Source: an uncultured Pelagibacteraceae bacterium (lineage in GTDB: Bacteria; Pseudomonadota; Alphaproteobacteria; Pelagibacterales; Pelagibacteraceae). From it: a stretch of DNA of 64,000 bases. The number at the start of each line of letters is the position of its first letter. Positions within the stretch are counted from its first letter, which is position 1. Both the position numbers and the translations under genes were made by a program. The stretch is taken from positions 786 to 64,785 of the forward strand of contig CACFZX010000001.1 of assembly GCA_902570905.1 (NCBI GenBank), read 5' to 3'. The notes under the pieces are model-generated. The model did not search any database. It was not told the origin of the DNA and was given only the letters and a program-made list of their open reading frames with translations. Below are positions 52,271 through 62,195 of the stretch, piece after piece.

Positions 52271-52852
52271 ATGAAAATTTATCAAATAGACTCTAGCGCA
52301 AGAAAACAAGGCTCTTCTTCAAGAGCGTTAGCAAAAAAACTTTTAGAAAAAATTAAAAAACCAGATGATGAAATTATTTATAGAGATTTAGATGATGAAA
52401 TGGTTTTTGTTTCTGGCTTAACAGAGTCTGGAATGAAAATTGATAAAAAAGATCAAACTGAACATCATAAAAAAATGTTTGAATTATCAGATAAACTTGT
52501 AAAAGAATTAAAAGAAAGCGATATAATTATCATATCTGCCCCAATTTATAATTATGGACCACCAGCAACATTAAAAGCATGGTCAGATCTTGCTGCAAGA
52601 GTAGGAGAAACTTTTCGCTTTAAAGAAAATGGGAGAAGGGAAGGTTTGTTAAAAAATAAAAGAGCCTACTTGGTAATTACTTCAGGTGGTACTAAACTAA
52701 ACAGTAAAGAAGATTTTTTAACACCTTGGTTAAAGTTTATATTAAATTTTTTTGGAATCGAAAAAATAGATATAATTAGCGCTGATCAGATGTCTTTAGA
52801 TTATGAAAAGTCTATTAAAGATGCAGAAAAACAAATTGAAAACATATCTTAG
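52271..52852 (+). CDS. azoR: FMN-dependent NADH-azoreductase (flavodoxin-like)
   Basis: SS.R...S.SR, P.YNY..P..LKAW.D..AR.G.TF, TSGG. Confidence 0.85.
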   Translation: MKIYQIDSSARKQGSSSRALAKKLLEKIKKPDDEIIYRDLDDEMVFVSGLTESGMKIDKKDQTEHHKKMFELSDKLVKELKESDIIIISAPIYNYGPPATLKAWSDLAARVGETFRFKENGRREGLLKNKRAYLVITSGGTKLNSKEDFLTPWLKFILNFFGIEKIDIISADQMSLDYEKSIKDAEKQIENIS

Positions 52853-53964
52853 ATATCAAATTTTCTTTTTAAATGTCTGAGTTTTCCTTCAGTACTATCA
52901 TAATCAATATAGCAACCTTGTAAATATCTACTTCCTTCATTTAAGTCGAAAGCTGTTCTTCCGTGTAATAATCTATAATTATCCATCATCATTAAATCAC
53001 CTGGAACTAGTTTAAATTCAATTTTGTAATTATCAGAATTATACATTTCAGAAATTTTGTTTCTAGCTCGGTAATATAAATCTAATTCTTTTTTCTCTAA
53101 AATTGGAACAAAATCTAGCCTTGGGCTAAATTTAACTTGTTTTAGTTCTTTATTTTCATCTAATTTGATAAGTTCTGACCAATTCTCTAGCACCACATCC
53201 TTATCAATAAATTTAAATTTAACTTTTACTCTTGTTAGAACATCATAATATTTTTTAAATTTTTTTTTAAGATCTTCTGTCACTTTGTAACCATCAACCA
53301 AAGTTGATAGACCACCATCCACATCGTTAGTAATACAATGCAAAAGTTGGATACAAGGGACGGGATTTCTGTATGGATTATCTGTATGTGGAGCAAGAGC
53401 TAAAGATGTATAAGCTAAATCATTTGGGTTTGGAACAGATTTTACATTAAAGTATTCACCAAAGTTTGTTCTTCTTACACTTCCAATTTGATTTGCGAAT
53501 TTAACAATAAAATTCTCTTCTGTAGGGACGTTTTTAAATATAATAAAACCATATTTATAAAATTTAATCAGCAAATCATACATTTCTCTACTCTCAAAAA
53601 TATCATCTACATATTCAAATTTATGAACATTTTTTAACTTTGAGTCCCACTTTTCTCTTTTAATAGATTGAATCAAAAAATCATTTTTGGAAAATTCTTC
53701 AATAATTTTTTCAATTTTTAGTTTTGAATTAACACCATCATTAAAATTAATTTCTAAGATATCCTTAGTAATTTTTGCACTTTTAACTTCTATATTCGTT
53801 TTAAGAGATGTTGGATCAAATTTTCTTTGCTGAGTTTTTTTGTCTAAATATTCTTCATTATTTACTCTTTCTCTTAACCAAAAGGGGTGAATTTCTTTAG
53901 AAGAAGTTCCGTTATTGAATAGTATTTTATTTTCGTTTAATTCAATCTTCATTATACTGAGCAT
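52849..53964 (-). CDS. Gamma-butyrobetaine hydroxylase-like Fe(II)/2-oxoglutarate dioxygenase (TauD family)
   Basis: HPFWLR N-terminal domain, LAYT..L.PHTDNPY, LHC, DG, DNYRLLHGR, GCY.D. Confidence 0.88.
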   Translation of the reverse strand: MLSIMKIELNENKILFNNGTSSKEIHPFWLRERVNNEEYLDKKTQQRKFDPTSLKTNIEVKSAKITKDILEINFNDGVNSKLKIEKIIEEFSKNDFLIQSIKREKWDSKLKNVHKFEYVDDIFESREMYDLLIKFYKYGFIIFKNVPTEENFIVKFANQIGSVRRTNFGEYFNVKSVPNPNDLAYTSLALAPHTDNPYRNPVPCIQLLHCITNDVDGGLSTLVDGYKVTEDLKKKFKKYYDVLTRVKVKFKFIDKDVVLENWSELIKLDENKELKQVKFSPRLDFVPILEKKELDLYYRARNKISEMYNSDNYKIEFKLVPGDLMMMDNYRLLHGRTAFDLNEGSRYLQGCYIDYDSTEGKLRHLKRKFDI

Positions 53965-54015
53965 TATTTAAAATTTAGCTTTAATCAAGAGAAATTAAAT
54001 AGTAAGAGATATCCA

Positions 54016-54816
54016 ATGACTCAATTCAAAAATTATAAGATTTACCATACTTTTTTAAACACTCTCGCTAAAGATTTGACGAGATTTTATTATAAAAAAT
54101 TAGACAAACCTTTTAAAGTTTCAAACAAGTTAAAGGGAAGAGGGTATGATCCAGTAACTAGTTCAGACAAAGCTTTTGAAAAATTTATAAGATTAAAAAT
54201 AAAAAAAAAATTTCCTTCACATCAAATAATAGGTGAAGAATTTGGATACAAAAAAAGGAAAAGTGATTATTCCTGGGTAATAGATCCTATAGATGGAACA
54301 AGATCTTACGTCATTGGAAATCCAACATGGAGTAACCTTGTAGCCTTAAATTATAAAGGTAAGCCAGTTTTAGGTCTTGCAAATTTTCCCAAACTCAAAA
54401 AATATTATTTGAATGTTAATGATAAAAAATCATATGTATATGAAAATGGAAAAAAAAGATTATTAAGTGTGGCTAAAAAAATTAATTTTTCTAATGCAAA
54501 AGTAGCAGGAGCTTTCCACGGTTGGCTTTCAATACAAAAACAAAAAAAAATTCCAAAAGTTTTAAAATTAATGCAGTTTCCATGTTTTGATGCATTGAGC
54601 TACACTCATCTTTCAGAAGGAAAATTAGATATAGTTATTCAATGTTCAAATAAAATTTGGGATATTCATCCTATAATACCTATACTCAGATCAGCAGGTG
54701 CCGTTATAACTACTTGGAATAATAGGGAAGCCGAGCTTGCTGGAAATATATTGGTCTCGAATAACATTAAAAACCATAAAAGAATGTTAAAACTATTGAA
54801 ACCTGTTTCAAATTGA
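54016..54816 (+). CDS. Inositol monophosphatase family, probably histidinol-phosphate phosphatase HisN
   Basis: DPVT..D, GEE, WVIDPIDGT, IWD motifs. Confidence 0.8.
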   Translation: MTQFKNYKIYHTFLNTLAKDLTRFYYKKLDKPFKVSNKLKGRGYDPVTSSDKAFEKFIRLKIKKKFPSHQIIGEEFGYKKRKSDYSWVIDPIDGTRSYVIGNPTWSNLVALNYKGKPVLGLANFPKLKKYYLNVNDKKSYVYENGKKRLLSVAKKINFSNAKVAGAFHGWLSIQKQKKIPKVLKLMQFPCFDALSYTHLSEGKLDIVIQCSNKIWDIHPIIPILRSAGAVITTWNNREAELAGNILVSNNIKNHKRMLKLLKPVSN

Positions 54817-54894
54817 TCAATTTCAATATTTAATTCTTCTTTTGTTTCAATAAGGATTGGGTTACATTTTTACTTATAAATTATAGGAGGGGAA

Positions 54895-56454
54895 ATGAAA
54901 TCTAAAAATTTATTTAAATTTTTGATAGCAATTTTTTTTGTTTTTGCATCAACTCAATCATTTGCAAAAACAATTAAATGGTCTATGCAGGGTGATAGTT
55001 TAACACTTGATCCGCATGCTCAAAATGAAGGACCAACTACAATGGTATCAAGACAAATATATGAAGCACTTGTTACTAGAGGTTTAGATATGTCTATAGG
55101 TCCTCAGTTAGCTACTGACTGGAAAACAACAAATCCAACTACATGGGTTTTTAATCTAAGAAAAGATGTAAAGTTTAGTAATGGAACACCTATGACATCA
55201 GAAGATGTTGTTTTTAGTATTCTAAGAGCTCAACAACGTACGTCTGACTTTAAAGAATATATTAGTACTATTACTTCTGTTAAAGCACTTGATGATTATA
55301 CAATTGAGATCCAAACTAGAGAACCAAATCCAATTCTTTTGAACCAATTATCAAATATTTTTGTAATGTCTAAGAAGTGGTGTGAGAAGAATTTTGCAAT
55401 GGCTCCACAAAATTGGGATGCGGGACAAGAAACTTTTTCTGCGACTAACTCGATGGGAACTGGTCCATTTAAAATTACTTTAAGAGAGCCAAATACAAAA
55501 ACTGTTTTTAAAAAAAATAATAAATGGTGGGGTAATGTTGAACATAACTTAACTGAAATACATTTACTTCCAATAAAAAATGCGGCTACAAGAGTTGCTG
55601 CTCTTTTATCTGGAGAAATAGATGTAGTGACAGATGCTCCAGTACAGGACTTAGGCCGTATAAAAGCATCTGGTGCACACAAAGTTCAAAGTACACCGCA
55701 AATGCGTACAATCTTTTTAGGAATGGATCAAGCTGCTGACCAGCTTAGAACTGGTAATACAGGAGACAATCCATTTAAGAAAAAAGAAGTAAGACAAGCG
55801 CTATATCAAGCTATTGATATTGAAGCTATTAAAGCAAAAGTTATGAGAGGTTTGAGTGAGCCTGCAGGAATAATTACTTTCCCTGGTGTTACAGGATACA
55901 CTAAAGAACTTGATGAAAGATTACCTTATGATGTTGATGCTGCAAAACAGTTATTAGCTGACGCAGGTTATCCAGATGGTTTTGAAGTAGAACTTAGATG
56001 TCCTAACGACAGATACGTCAACGATGAAGCAATTTGTACTGCTGTAGTTGGAATGTTAGGTAAAATTGGTGTTAATGTAAGTTTATTTGCTCAAACTAAA
56101 AGTAAACACTTTAAGGAACTAAAAGACAACCAAGGAGACTTTTACATGCTAGGTTGGGGTGTTCCTACTTTAGACAGTCATTATGTATTTCATTATTTAT
56201 ATGAGACAGGCGCAAGCTGGAATAAAGTTAACTTTAGTGATGCTGATGTCGATGCTGCAATTAGAGTAATGGAAGGTGAAGTCAACTTAGACAAAAGAAA
56301 TGCTGCAATAGCAGATGCTTGGAAAATAGTAAAAGATAACATTGCTTATCTACCTTTACACCACCAAGTAATTTCTTGGGCATCAAAAAGAAGTGTTGAT
56401 GTTCCTATAAGACCGAATAATGAACCATTATTCCGTTTTTCTAACGTAAGATAA
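54895..56454 (+). CDS. Dpp/Opp-family (cluster C) ABC substrate-binding protein
   Basis: Signal peptide, TLDPH, LRKDVKF..G, GTGPF, VRQAL..AID, PNDRY.NDE; AGGAGG RBS. Confidence 0.9.
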   Translation: MKSKNLFKFLIAIFFVFASTQSFAKTIKWSMQGDSLTLDPHAQNEGPTTMVSRQIYEALVTRGLDMSIGPQLATDWKTTNPTTWVFNLRKDVKFSNGTPMTSEDVVFSILRAQQRTSDFKEYISTITSVKALDDYTIEIQTREPNPILLNQLSNIFVMSKKWCEKNFAMAPQNWDAGQETFSATNSMGTGPFKITLREPNTKTVFKKNNKWWGNVEHNLTEIHLLPIKNAATRVAALLSGEIDVVTDAPVQDLGRIKASGAHKVQSTPQMRTIFLGMDQAADQLRTGNTGDNPFKKKEVRQALYQAIDIEAIKAKVMRGLSEPAGIITFPGVTGYTKELDERLPYDVDAAKQLLADAGYPDGFEVELRCPNDRYVNDEAICTAVVGMLGKIGVNVSLFAQTKSKHFKELKDNQGDFYMLGWGVPTLDSHYVFHYLYETGASWNKVNFSDADVDAAIRVMEGEVNLDKRNAAIADAWKIVKDNIAYLPLHHQVISWASKRSVDVPIRPNNEPLFRFSNVR

Positions 56455-56463
56455 TTTAACTTA

Positions 56464-56495
56464 TTACAAGCCCTTTTTAATTAAAGGGCTTGTAA
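56464..56495 (+). terminator. Hairpin after binding-protein gene
   Basis: 13-bp stem TTACAAGCCCTTT / AAAGGGCTTGTAA with 6-nt loop; no strong T-tract. Confidence 0.75.
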
Positions 56496-56510
56496 CTAAA
56501 ATTTCGCAAA

Positions 56511-57494
56511 TTGATAAAATATTTTTTCAAGCGTCTGTTTCAATCAGCAATGGTGATGCTTGTTGTTGCCTTTGTTTCTTTTTCATTATTCAATTTTGTA
56601 GGTGACCCAATAAATAATATGGTTGGAGAAGAAACATCAGATGAGGAAAGGGTAGAACTTAGAGAGACTCTAGGTTTAACAGATCCTATATATATTCAAT
56701 TTTCAAGATTTGTAGGAAATGCTTCAAAAGGAAATTTTGGTATTTCTTACCAATTAAAAAGACCTGTTTCTGAATTAATTTCTGAAAGGTTGCCTGCAAC
56801 AATTGAGCTTGTTCTTATTTCTGCATTAATTGCGCTAGTATCTGGTACTTTACTAGGGGTCTATACGGGTATAAATCGTAAAGGTTTTTTAAGCGATATA
56901 ATATTAGCCATTTCGTTGCTGGGTGTATCGCTCCCCACATTTGTAATTGGTATATTATTTATTTATCTTTTTGCTGTAATATTAGGAATATTACCTTCAT
57001 TTGGCAGAGGAGAAGTTGTCAGCTTAGGTTATTGGACCACTGGTTTTTTAACTTTATCTGGTCTTAAGGCCATAATTCTTCCTTCTGTAACTTTAAGTCT
57101 TTTTCAAATGACTTATATAATAAGGCTAGTTCGTGCAGAAATGATGGAAATTTTGCAAACAGATTATATTAAGTTTGCAAGAGCAAGAGGTATTAAAGAA
57201 AAAAGTATACATTATAAACATGCTTTAAAAAATGGATTAATACCTGTAATTACAATCGCAGGAATAAACATTGGTACCTTAATTGCATTTTCCATAATTA
57301 CAGAAACTGTTTTTCAATGGCCTGGCATGGGATTTTTATTTATTCAAGCAGTTCAGTTTGTTGATATACCAATTATGTCAGCTTACTTAGTTTTTATTGC
57401 ATTTGTATTTGTAATGATAAATTTCATTGTAGATATTTTGTATTACTTCATTGATCCAAGAATAAGAGTTAAAGCGGAGGCTGTTAGTGGATAA
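56511..57494 (+). CDS. Dpp-type ABC permease (DppB-like)
   Basis: GDP, G.FG.S, R.PAT.EL, DYIKFARARG, TETVFQWPG.G. Confidence 0.92.
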   Translation: MIKYFFKRLFQSAMVMLVVAFVSFSLFNFVGDPINNMVGEETSDEERVELRETLGLTDPIYIQFSRFVGNASKGNFGISYQLKRPVSELISERLPATIELVLISALIALVSGTLLGVYTGINRKGFLSDIILAISLLGVSLPTFVIGILFIYLFAVILGILPSFGRGEVVSLGYWTTGFLTLSGLKAIILPSVTLSLFQMTYIIRLVRAEMMEILQTDYIKFARARGIKEKSIHYKHALKNGLIPVITIAGINIGTLIAFSIITETVFQWPGMGFLFIQAVQFVDIPIMSAYLVFIAFVFVMINFIVDILYYFIDPRIRVKAEAVSG

Positions 57495-58413
57495 CCATAA
57501 ACTCACGTTATTAAATAGAATAAAAGACAGTGATGTTTATTTTAGTTTTATAAAATCACCAACGGCTATAATTTCTACTGTAATACTAGTCATAATATTC
57601 TTTTGTTCTTTTTTTGTTGAATTAGTAACTCCATACAATCCATTTGACCCATCTTCTTTATCTTTAATGGAGGCATTTACACCACCTTCATGGACAGAGG
57701 GTGGTCTTTCAAAATTTATTTTAGGAACAGACGGTCAGGGTAGAGACATGCTATCTACAATTCTTTATGGATCAAGAATTTCCTTAATTGTTGGTTTTTC
57801 AGCGGTTATATTTGCCTTAATATTAGGAGTTGGCTTAGGATTAAGCGCTGGATATTTTGGTGGAAAATACGAAATGATTATTATGAGATTAACGGATGTA
57901 CAATTAACTGTACCAAGCATCTTAATGGCTCTTTTAGTAGATGGAATTGCTCGTGGAATTATTTCTAGAGAAATGCATGATGAAATGGCAATATATGTTT
58001 TAATTTTTGCAATTGGTATTTCGGAGTGGCCACAATTTGCTAGAGTTTCCAGAGCAGCAACATTAGTTGAAAAAAATAAAGATTATGTTTCTGCATCAAC
58101 AATTATTGGTGTTTCAAATATAATTATTATGTTTAAGCATATATTGCCAAATATAATGAGGCCGGTTCTGGTAATTGGGACAATTGGACTTGCGCTTGCA
58201 ATAATAGCTGAAGCTACTTTAAGTTTTTTAGGTGTAGGAGTTCCTCCAACAACTCCTTCTTTAGGGACACTAATTAGACTTGGAAACGATTTTTTATTTT
58301 CTGGAGAGTGGTGGATAACTTTTTTTCCAGCAATGTTTTTAGTTTTATTAGCATTTTCAATTAACTTACTAGGAGATTGGATGAGAGATACTCTTAATCC
58401 AAAATTAAATTAA
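57487..58413 (+). CDS. Dpp-type ABC permease (DppC-like)
   Basis: LGTD.QGRD, YG.RISL, HILPN, EATLSFLG.G, GDW.RD. Confidence 0.92.
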   Translation: MDNHKLTLLNRIKDSDVYFSFIKSPTAIISTVILVIIFFCSFFVELVTPYNPFDPSSLSLMEAFTPPSWTEGGLSKFILGTDGQGRDMLSTILYGSRISLIVGFSAVIFALILGVGLGLSAGYFGGKYEMIIMRLTDVQLTVPSILMALLVDGIARGIISREMHDEMAIYVLIFAIGISEWPQFARVSRAATLVEKNKDYVSASTIIGVSNIIIMFKHILPNIMRPVLVIGTIGLALAIIAEATLSFLGVGVPPTTPSLGTLIRLGNDFLFSGEWWITFFPAMFLVLLAFSINLLGDWMRDTLNPKLN

Positions 58414-60095
58414 TGAGTTTTTTAAAAATAAACAACCTTAGTGTTAATTATGAAATGCGTAGAGAAATTGTGTACGCAGCAAAAGGAGTAAATATTACTG
58501 TTGAGAAAGGTGAAATTCTTGGTTTGGTTGGTGAGTCTGGATCTGGAAAAAGTACAGTCGGTAACGCGATTATTAATCTTATAGATGAACCAGGTAAAGT
58601 CTCCAGTGGATCAATTATAGTCGATGGGGTGAATATTTATGAAAATCCTGAAAATATTCTTCAACTTAGAGGGAAAAAAATAGGTCTTATTTTTCAGGAT
58701 CCACAAACATCTTTAAATCCAATACTTACAATAGGAGAACAATTAATTGAAACAATTCAAACCCATTTAAAGTTAAACAAAGAAGAGGCAAAAGAAAAGG
58801 CAATTAACTTGTTAAAAGAAGTTGGAATAAAAGATGCTGAAATTAGATTTAACAATTATCCACATCAATTTTCTGGAGGGATGAGACAAAGAGTTGTTAT
58901 TTCTTTATCTCTTTGTTGTGAGCCAGAACTTCTTATAGCTGATGAACCAACGACTGCTCTCGATGTTTCAATTCAGTCACAAATTTTAGATTTGATAAAA
59001 AGATTAACTAAAGAAAGAAATTTAGCTGTAATTTTAATTACTCATGACATGGGCGTAATATCTGAGACAACAAACAGAGTAGCTGTAATGAAAAATGGAG
59101 ACCTAGTAGAAATTGGTCCAACAAAAGAAATTTTAACTAATCCAAAAGAGATTTATACGAAAGCACTTGTAAGCTCAGTTCCTCCAACAAATAAAAAAAT
59201 CAATAGGTTTAAAATTATTGAAAAGGAAAACAAAACTCAAAGTGAAACAAATATTAAAATTTTAAATAGATGGACTAAAAAAGAAATTATTAAACAAGAT
59301 TTAGTTAAAGTAAAAAATTTAAGTAAAACGTTTGATGATAATTTTTTTACAGAAAGTTCTAAAAACTCTGTAATGGCAGTAAACGATGTGTCATTTAATA
59401 TAAAAGAGGGAGAATCTTTTGGTTTAGTTGGTGAAAGTGGAAGTGGTAAATCTACAATAGCAAAAATGATTGTTAATTTATATCGTCCAAGTGCTGGGGA
59501 TATTGATTTTGATAATGTTTGTATAACAAAAATTAAAAGTAATAAAGAAATGATGAAATTCAGAAAACAGATTCAAATGATCTTTCAAGATCCTTATTCT
59601 TCATTAAATGGAAGATTAAAAGTAAAAGATATAGTTTCAGAGCCTATTAAACTTCACAATCCTTCTATTAATTCAAAAGATATAGATAGTTATATTTATG
59701 ATTTATTAGAGTCTGTCGAATTAACCCAACAATCAGCTGAGAGATATCCTCATGAATTTTCTGGAGGTCAAAGACAAAGAATATCAATTGCAAGAGCACT
59801 TGCTACTCAACCAAGATTACTTGTTTGTGATGAACCAACTTCTGCTCTTGATGTAAGTATCCAAGCCCAAATACTAAATTTGTTAAAAGATTTACAAGAG
59901 CAATTAAATCTGACAATATTATTTATAAGTCACGATTTACCTGTAGTGAGACAAATGTGTGATCGAATAGGGGTTTTAAAAAATGGAAAGATTTGTGAGA
60001 TCTCCGAAACTGAAAATTTGTTTAAAAATCCATCACATGAATACACAAAAGAATTGTTAACGTTAATGCCAAAAATTGAATCGATTTATAACTAA
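58413..60095 (+). CDS. Dpp-type ABC ATPase with fused double domain
   Basis: Two GESGSGKS, FQDP, YPH.FSGG and DEPT sets. Confidence 0.93.
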   Translation: MSFLKINNLSVNYEMRREIVYAAKGVNITVEKGEILGLVGESGSGKSTVGNAIINLIDEPGKVSSGSIIVDGVNIYENPENILQLRGKKIGLIFQDPQTSLNPILTIGEQLIETIQTHLKLNKEEAKEKAINLLKEVGIKDAEIRFNNYPHQFSGGMRQRVVISLSLCCEPELLIADEPTTALDVSIQSQILDLIKRLTKERNLAVILITHDMGVISETTNRVAVMKNGDLVEIGPTKEILTNPKEIYTKALVSSVPPTNKKINRFKIIEKENKTQSETNIKILNRWTKKEIIKQDLVKVKNLSKTFDDNFFTESSKNSVMAVNDVSFNIKEGESFGLVGESGSGKSTIAKMIVNLYRPSAGDIDFDNVCITKIKSNKEMMKFRKQIQMIFQDPYSSLNGRLKVKDIVSEPIKLHNPSINSKDIDSYIYDLLESVELTQQSAERYPHEFSGGQRQRISIARALATQPRLLVCDEPTSALDVSIQAQILNLLKDLQEQLNLTILFISHDLPVVRQMCDRIGVLKNGKICEISETENLFKNPSHEYTKELLTLMPKIESIYN

Positions 60096-61456
60096 TGAAA
60101 ACTATTTTAATTATTTTTACTATCCTTTTTCTTAATACTTTCATTGCTAAATCGTCTGAAAATAATGACAGTGAGTTTAATAAATGGCTTTTTGATAATG
60201 GACACTCAAAATATGTCACTAAAAAAGAAAATAAAATTTGTGCGAATGAAACAAAATTTAGTCAAGCCTGGTATTTGCAAAAATGTGACAAATTTCAAGG
60301 ATCCAACAATCTAAATATTGAGATAAATAACAAAGCATTGTCAGCAACCAATATTGCCTATCATTCAAACCCAAACAGAGACTCTCTAATTTATTATTTG
60401 TGGAAATACTCATATAAAGACAGAGGTCAACATTTAAAAGAGTTTAAACCTACAAATAATTCTTACGATTTTAAATTCAACTTAATTGAAGATAAATTTA
60501 TAAAAAAGCAAATGAAAACTAAAGGTATTCTTAGTTATTTGTATTACCAAGATGGTGAAGTATTGATTGATGAATTTTCTCCTAAAGAAAGGTTGGGGGA
60601 GTTTTTAAATAATGAAACAAAATTTTATTCAATGTCGATGGGCAAGTCAGTTACTTCCTATTTAGTAGGTCATGCAATATGTGAAGGCTATATTGATGGA
60701 GTTGATGCAAGAGTAAATGACTGGCCTGTAATAAAAGATTCACTTTATCATGATCAAAAATTAATTAATTTTTTAAATATGAATACTGGTGATCAAAAAT
60801 ATATCGATGAATTTGAAGATGGTACAAGTAAATTAGATGCATATGAAGATAGAGATATTGAAACAACTATGCGCTTACACTTTCGAAACAAAAATACAAA
60901 AAAATCTAAGGATATATACAATTATAATGGATTTGTTACTCAGTTAATTTTAAACTATATGAAATTTAAAATCGGAGAAGATTATGACAAATTTTATAAC
61001 AAAGTTTTCAATAATAAAATAAAGATCAAAAATAGCATTCGTTATGGCTATACTAGTCTTCAAGAAAAAAATGGAAATGGACATCCCAACATAATGGCAA
61101 CAAGATTTGACTATCTTAGAATTGCAAAAGCTATAATGGATGATTATCAGAATGATACTTGCGTTGGAAAATATTTAAAAGAACTCCATAAAAGAAGAAT
61201 TCCTAAAAATTTAACTGAAGAAAGAAACGAGCCTGCATTTAATCGCTCAAAATCTTATGGTGGTCAATTTCATATGGATTATCCAGGATTAAAAAATAAG
61301 ATTATCTTTGGCATGAACGGCTATGGTGGACAAGCCATTTTAATTGATATGGAAAATTCAAGAATAGTGGTTCTTAATTCACTTCATTATAATAACACCA
61401 AATATAAATATAATTATAAAAAACTTTTATTTGATACAATCAAAAAAGGGAAATAA
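60095..61456 (+). CDS. Exported serine hydrolase, beta-lactamase class C-like fold
   Basis: Signal peptide, S.SMGKS (SxxK), YNYN, G.GGQ. Confidence 0.75.
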   Translation: MKTILIIFTILFLNTFIAKSSENNDSEFNKWLFDNGHSKYVTKKENKICANETKFSQAWYLQKCDKFQGSNNLNIEINNKALSATNIAYHSNPNRDSLIYYLWKYSYKDRGQHLKEFKPTNNSYDFKFNLIEDKFIKKQMKTKGILSYLYYQDGEVLIDEFSPKERLGEFLNNETKFYSMSMGKSVTSYLVGHAICEGYIDGVDARVNDWPVIKDSLYHDQKLINFLNMNTGDQKYIDEFEDGTSKLDAYEDRDIETTMRLHFRNKNTKKSKDIYNYNGFVTQLILNYMKFKIGEDYDKFYNKVFNNKIKIKNSIRYGYTSLQEKNGNGHPNIMATRFDYLRIAKAIMDDYQNDTCVGKYLKELHKRRIPKNLTEERNEPAFNRSKSYGGQFHMDYPGLKNKIIFGMNGYGGQAILIDMENSRIVVLNSLHYNNTKYKYNYKKLLFDTIKKGK

Positions 61457-61485
61457 ATTTTTAGTAAAAAAAATAAGGAGGAAAA

Positions 61486-61878
61486 ATGCCAATGTTTAAA
61501 CCTATCTCAGAAAATGATGCTACAGGAAAGGTTAAAGAAGTTTTTGAGGAGATAAAAAGTGTAAGAAAAATTACAAATGTTCCAAATTTTTGGAAGTATA
61601 TTGCAAATAGCCCTGAAACTTTAGAAAGAACTTGGAATTCAACATCACAAGTTATGAAACCAGGTGCATTAGATGCTGTAACTAAAGAATTAATTTATGT
61701 TGCAGTTTCAATGACAAATAGCTGTGAGTATTGCACCAAATCTCATTCTGCTGCCGCAAAGAAAAAAGGAGCAACAGATGAAATGATTAAAGAAATGATT
61801 GATGTTATGGGTGTAGCTAATCAAAATAATAAATTAGTAGAAGCCTATGGTGTTGAGATTGATGAAATCTATAAGTGA
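61486..61878 (+). CDS. Carboxymuconolactone decarboxylase/AhpD family protein
   Basis: KELIYVAVS..NSCEYC..SH; AAGGAGG RBS. Confidence 0.88.
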   Translation: MPMFKPISENDATGKVKEVFEEIKSVRKITNVPNFWKYIANSPETLERTWNSTSQVMKPGALDAVTKELIYVAVSMTNSCEYCTKSHSAAAKKKGATDEMIKEMIDVMGVANQNNKLVEAYGVEIDEIYK

Positions 61879-62195
61879 TAGATTTTGTATACAAAATTTG
61901 CACTAAAAAAGAATTGGATAATTTTAAAGAAATAAAACTTTGGCAAGGAACAAAAAAAGATATTGAAGACGGGTTTATACACTTTTCAAATAAAGATCAG
62001 GTTGAGACAACTTTAAAAAAATATTATTCAGATCAAAAAAATTTAGTCCTTCTTAAAATTAAAACCAATAAATTAGAAAAACTTGTTTGGGAAGACATAG
62101 GTAACGGAGAAAAGTTTCCCCATTTATATTCAACTTTAAGCATTGATAATGTAGTAGATGAAAAAGAAATTACTGATTTCCAACGTCTTTTCTAG
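61875..62195 (+). CDS. DUF952 family protein
   Basis: YKI, D..DGFIHFS..Q, WE...FPHLY. Confidence 0.88.
   Translation: MIDFVYKICTKKELDNFKEIKLWQGTKKDIEDGFIHFSNKDQVETTLKKYYSDQKNLVLLKIKTNKLEKLVWEDIGNGEKFPHLYSTLSIDNVVDEKEITDFQRLF

Noticed and set aside
3237-60219. Short ORF-track entries antisense to or nested in long genes (e.g. 3237, 6141, 10433, 11196, 14488, 17354, 19833, 20724, 21082, 21865, 22708, 26085, 29225, 31045, 31207, 31698, 35082, 36185, 36410, 36899, 37301, 47842, 55296, 60022)
   Set aside because: Shadow frames of well-supported genes, with no motifs or RBS
60095-61456. Beta-lactam resistance gene
   Set aside because: The SxxK fold is shared by many esterases and amidases; AmpC-specific motifs such as KTG are not evident
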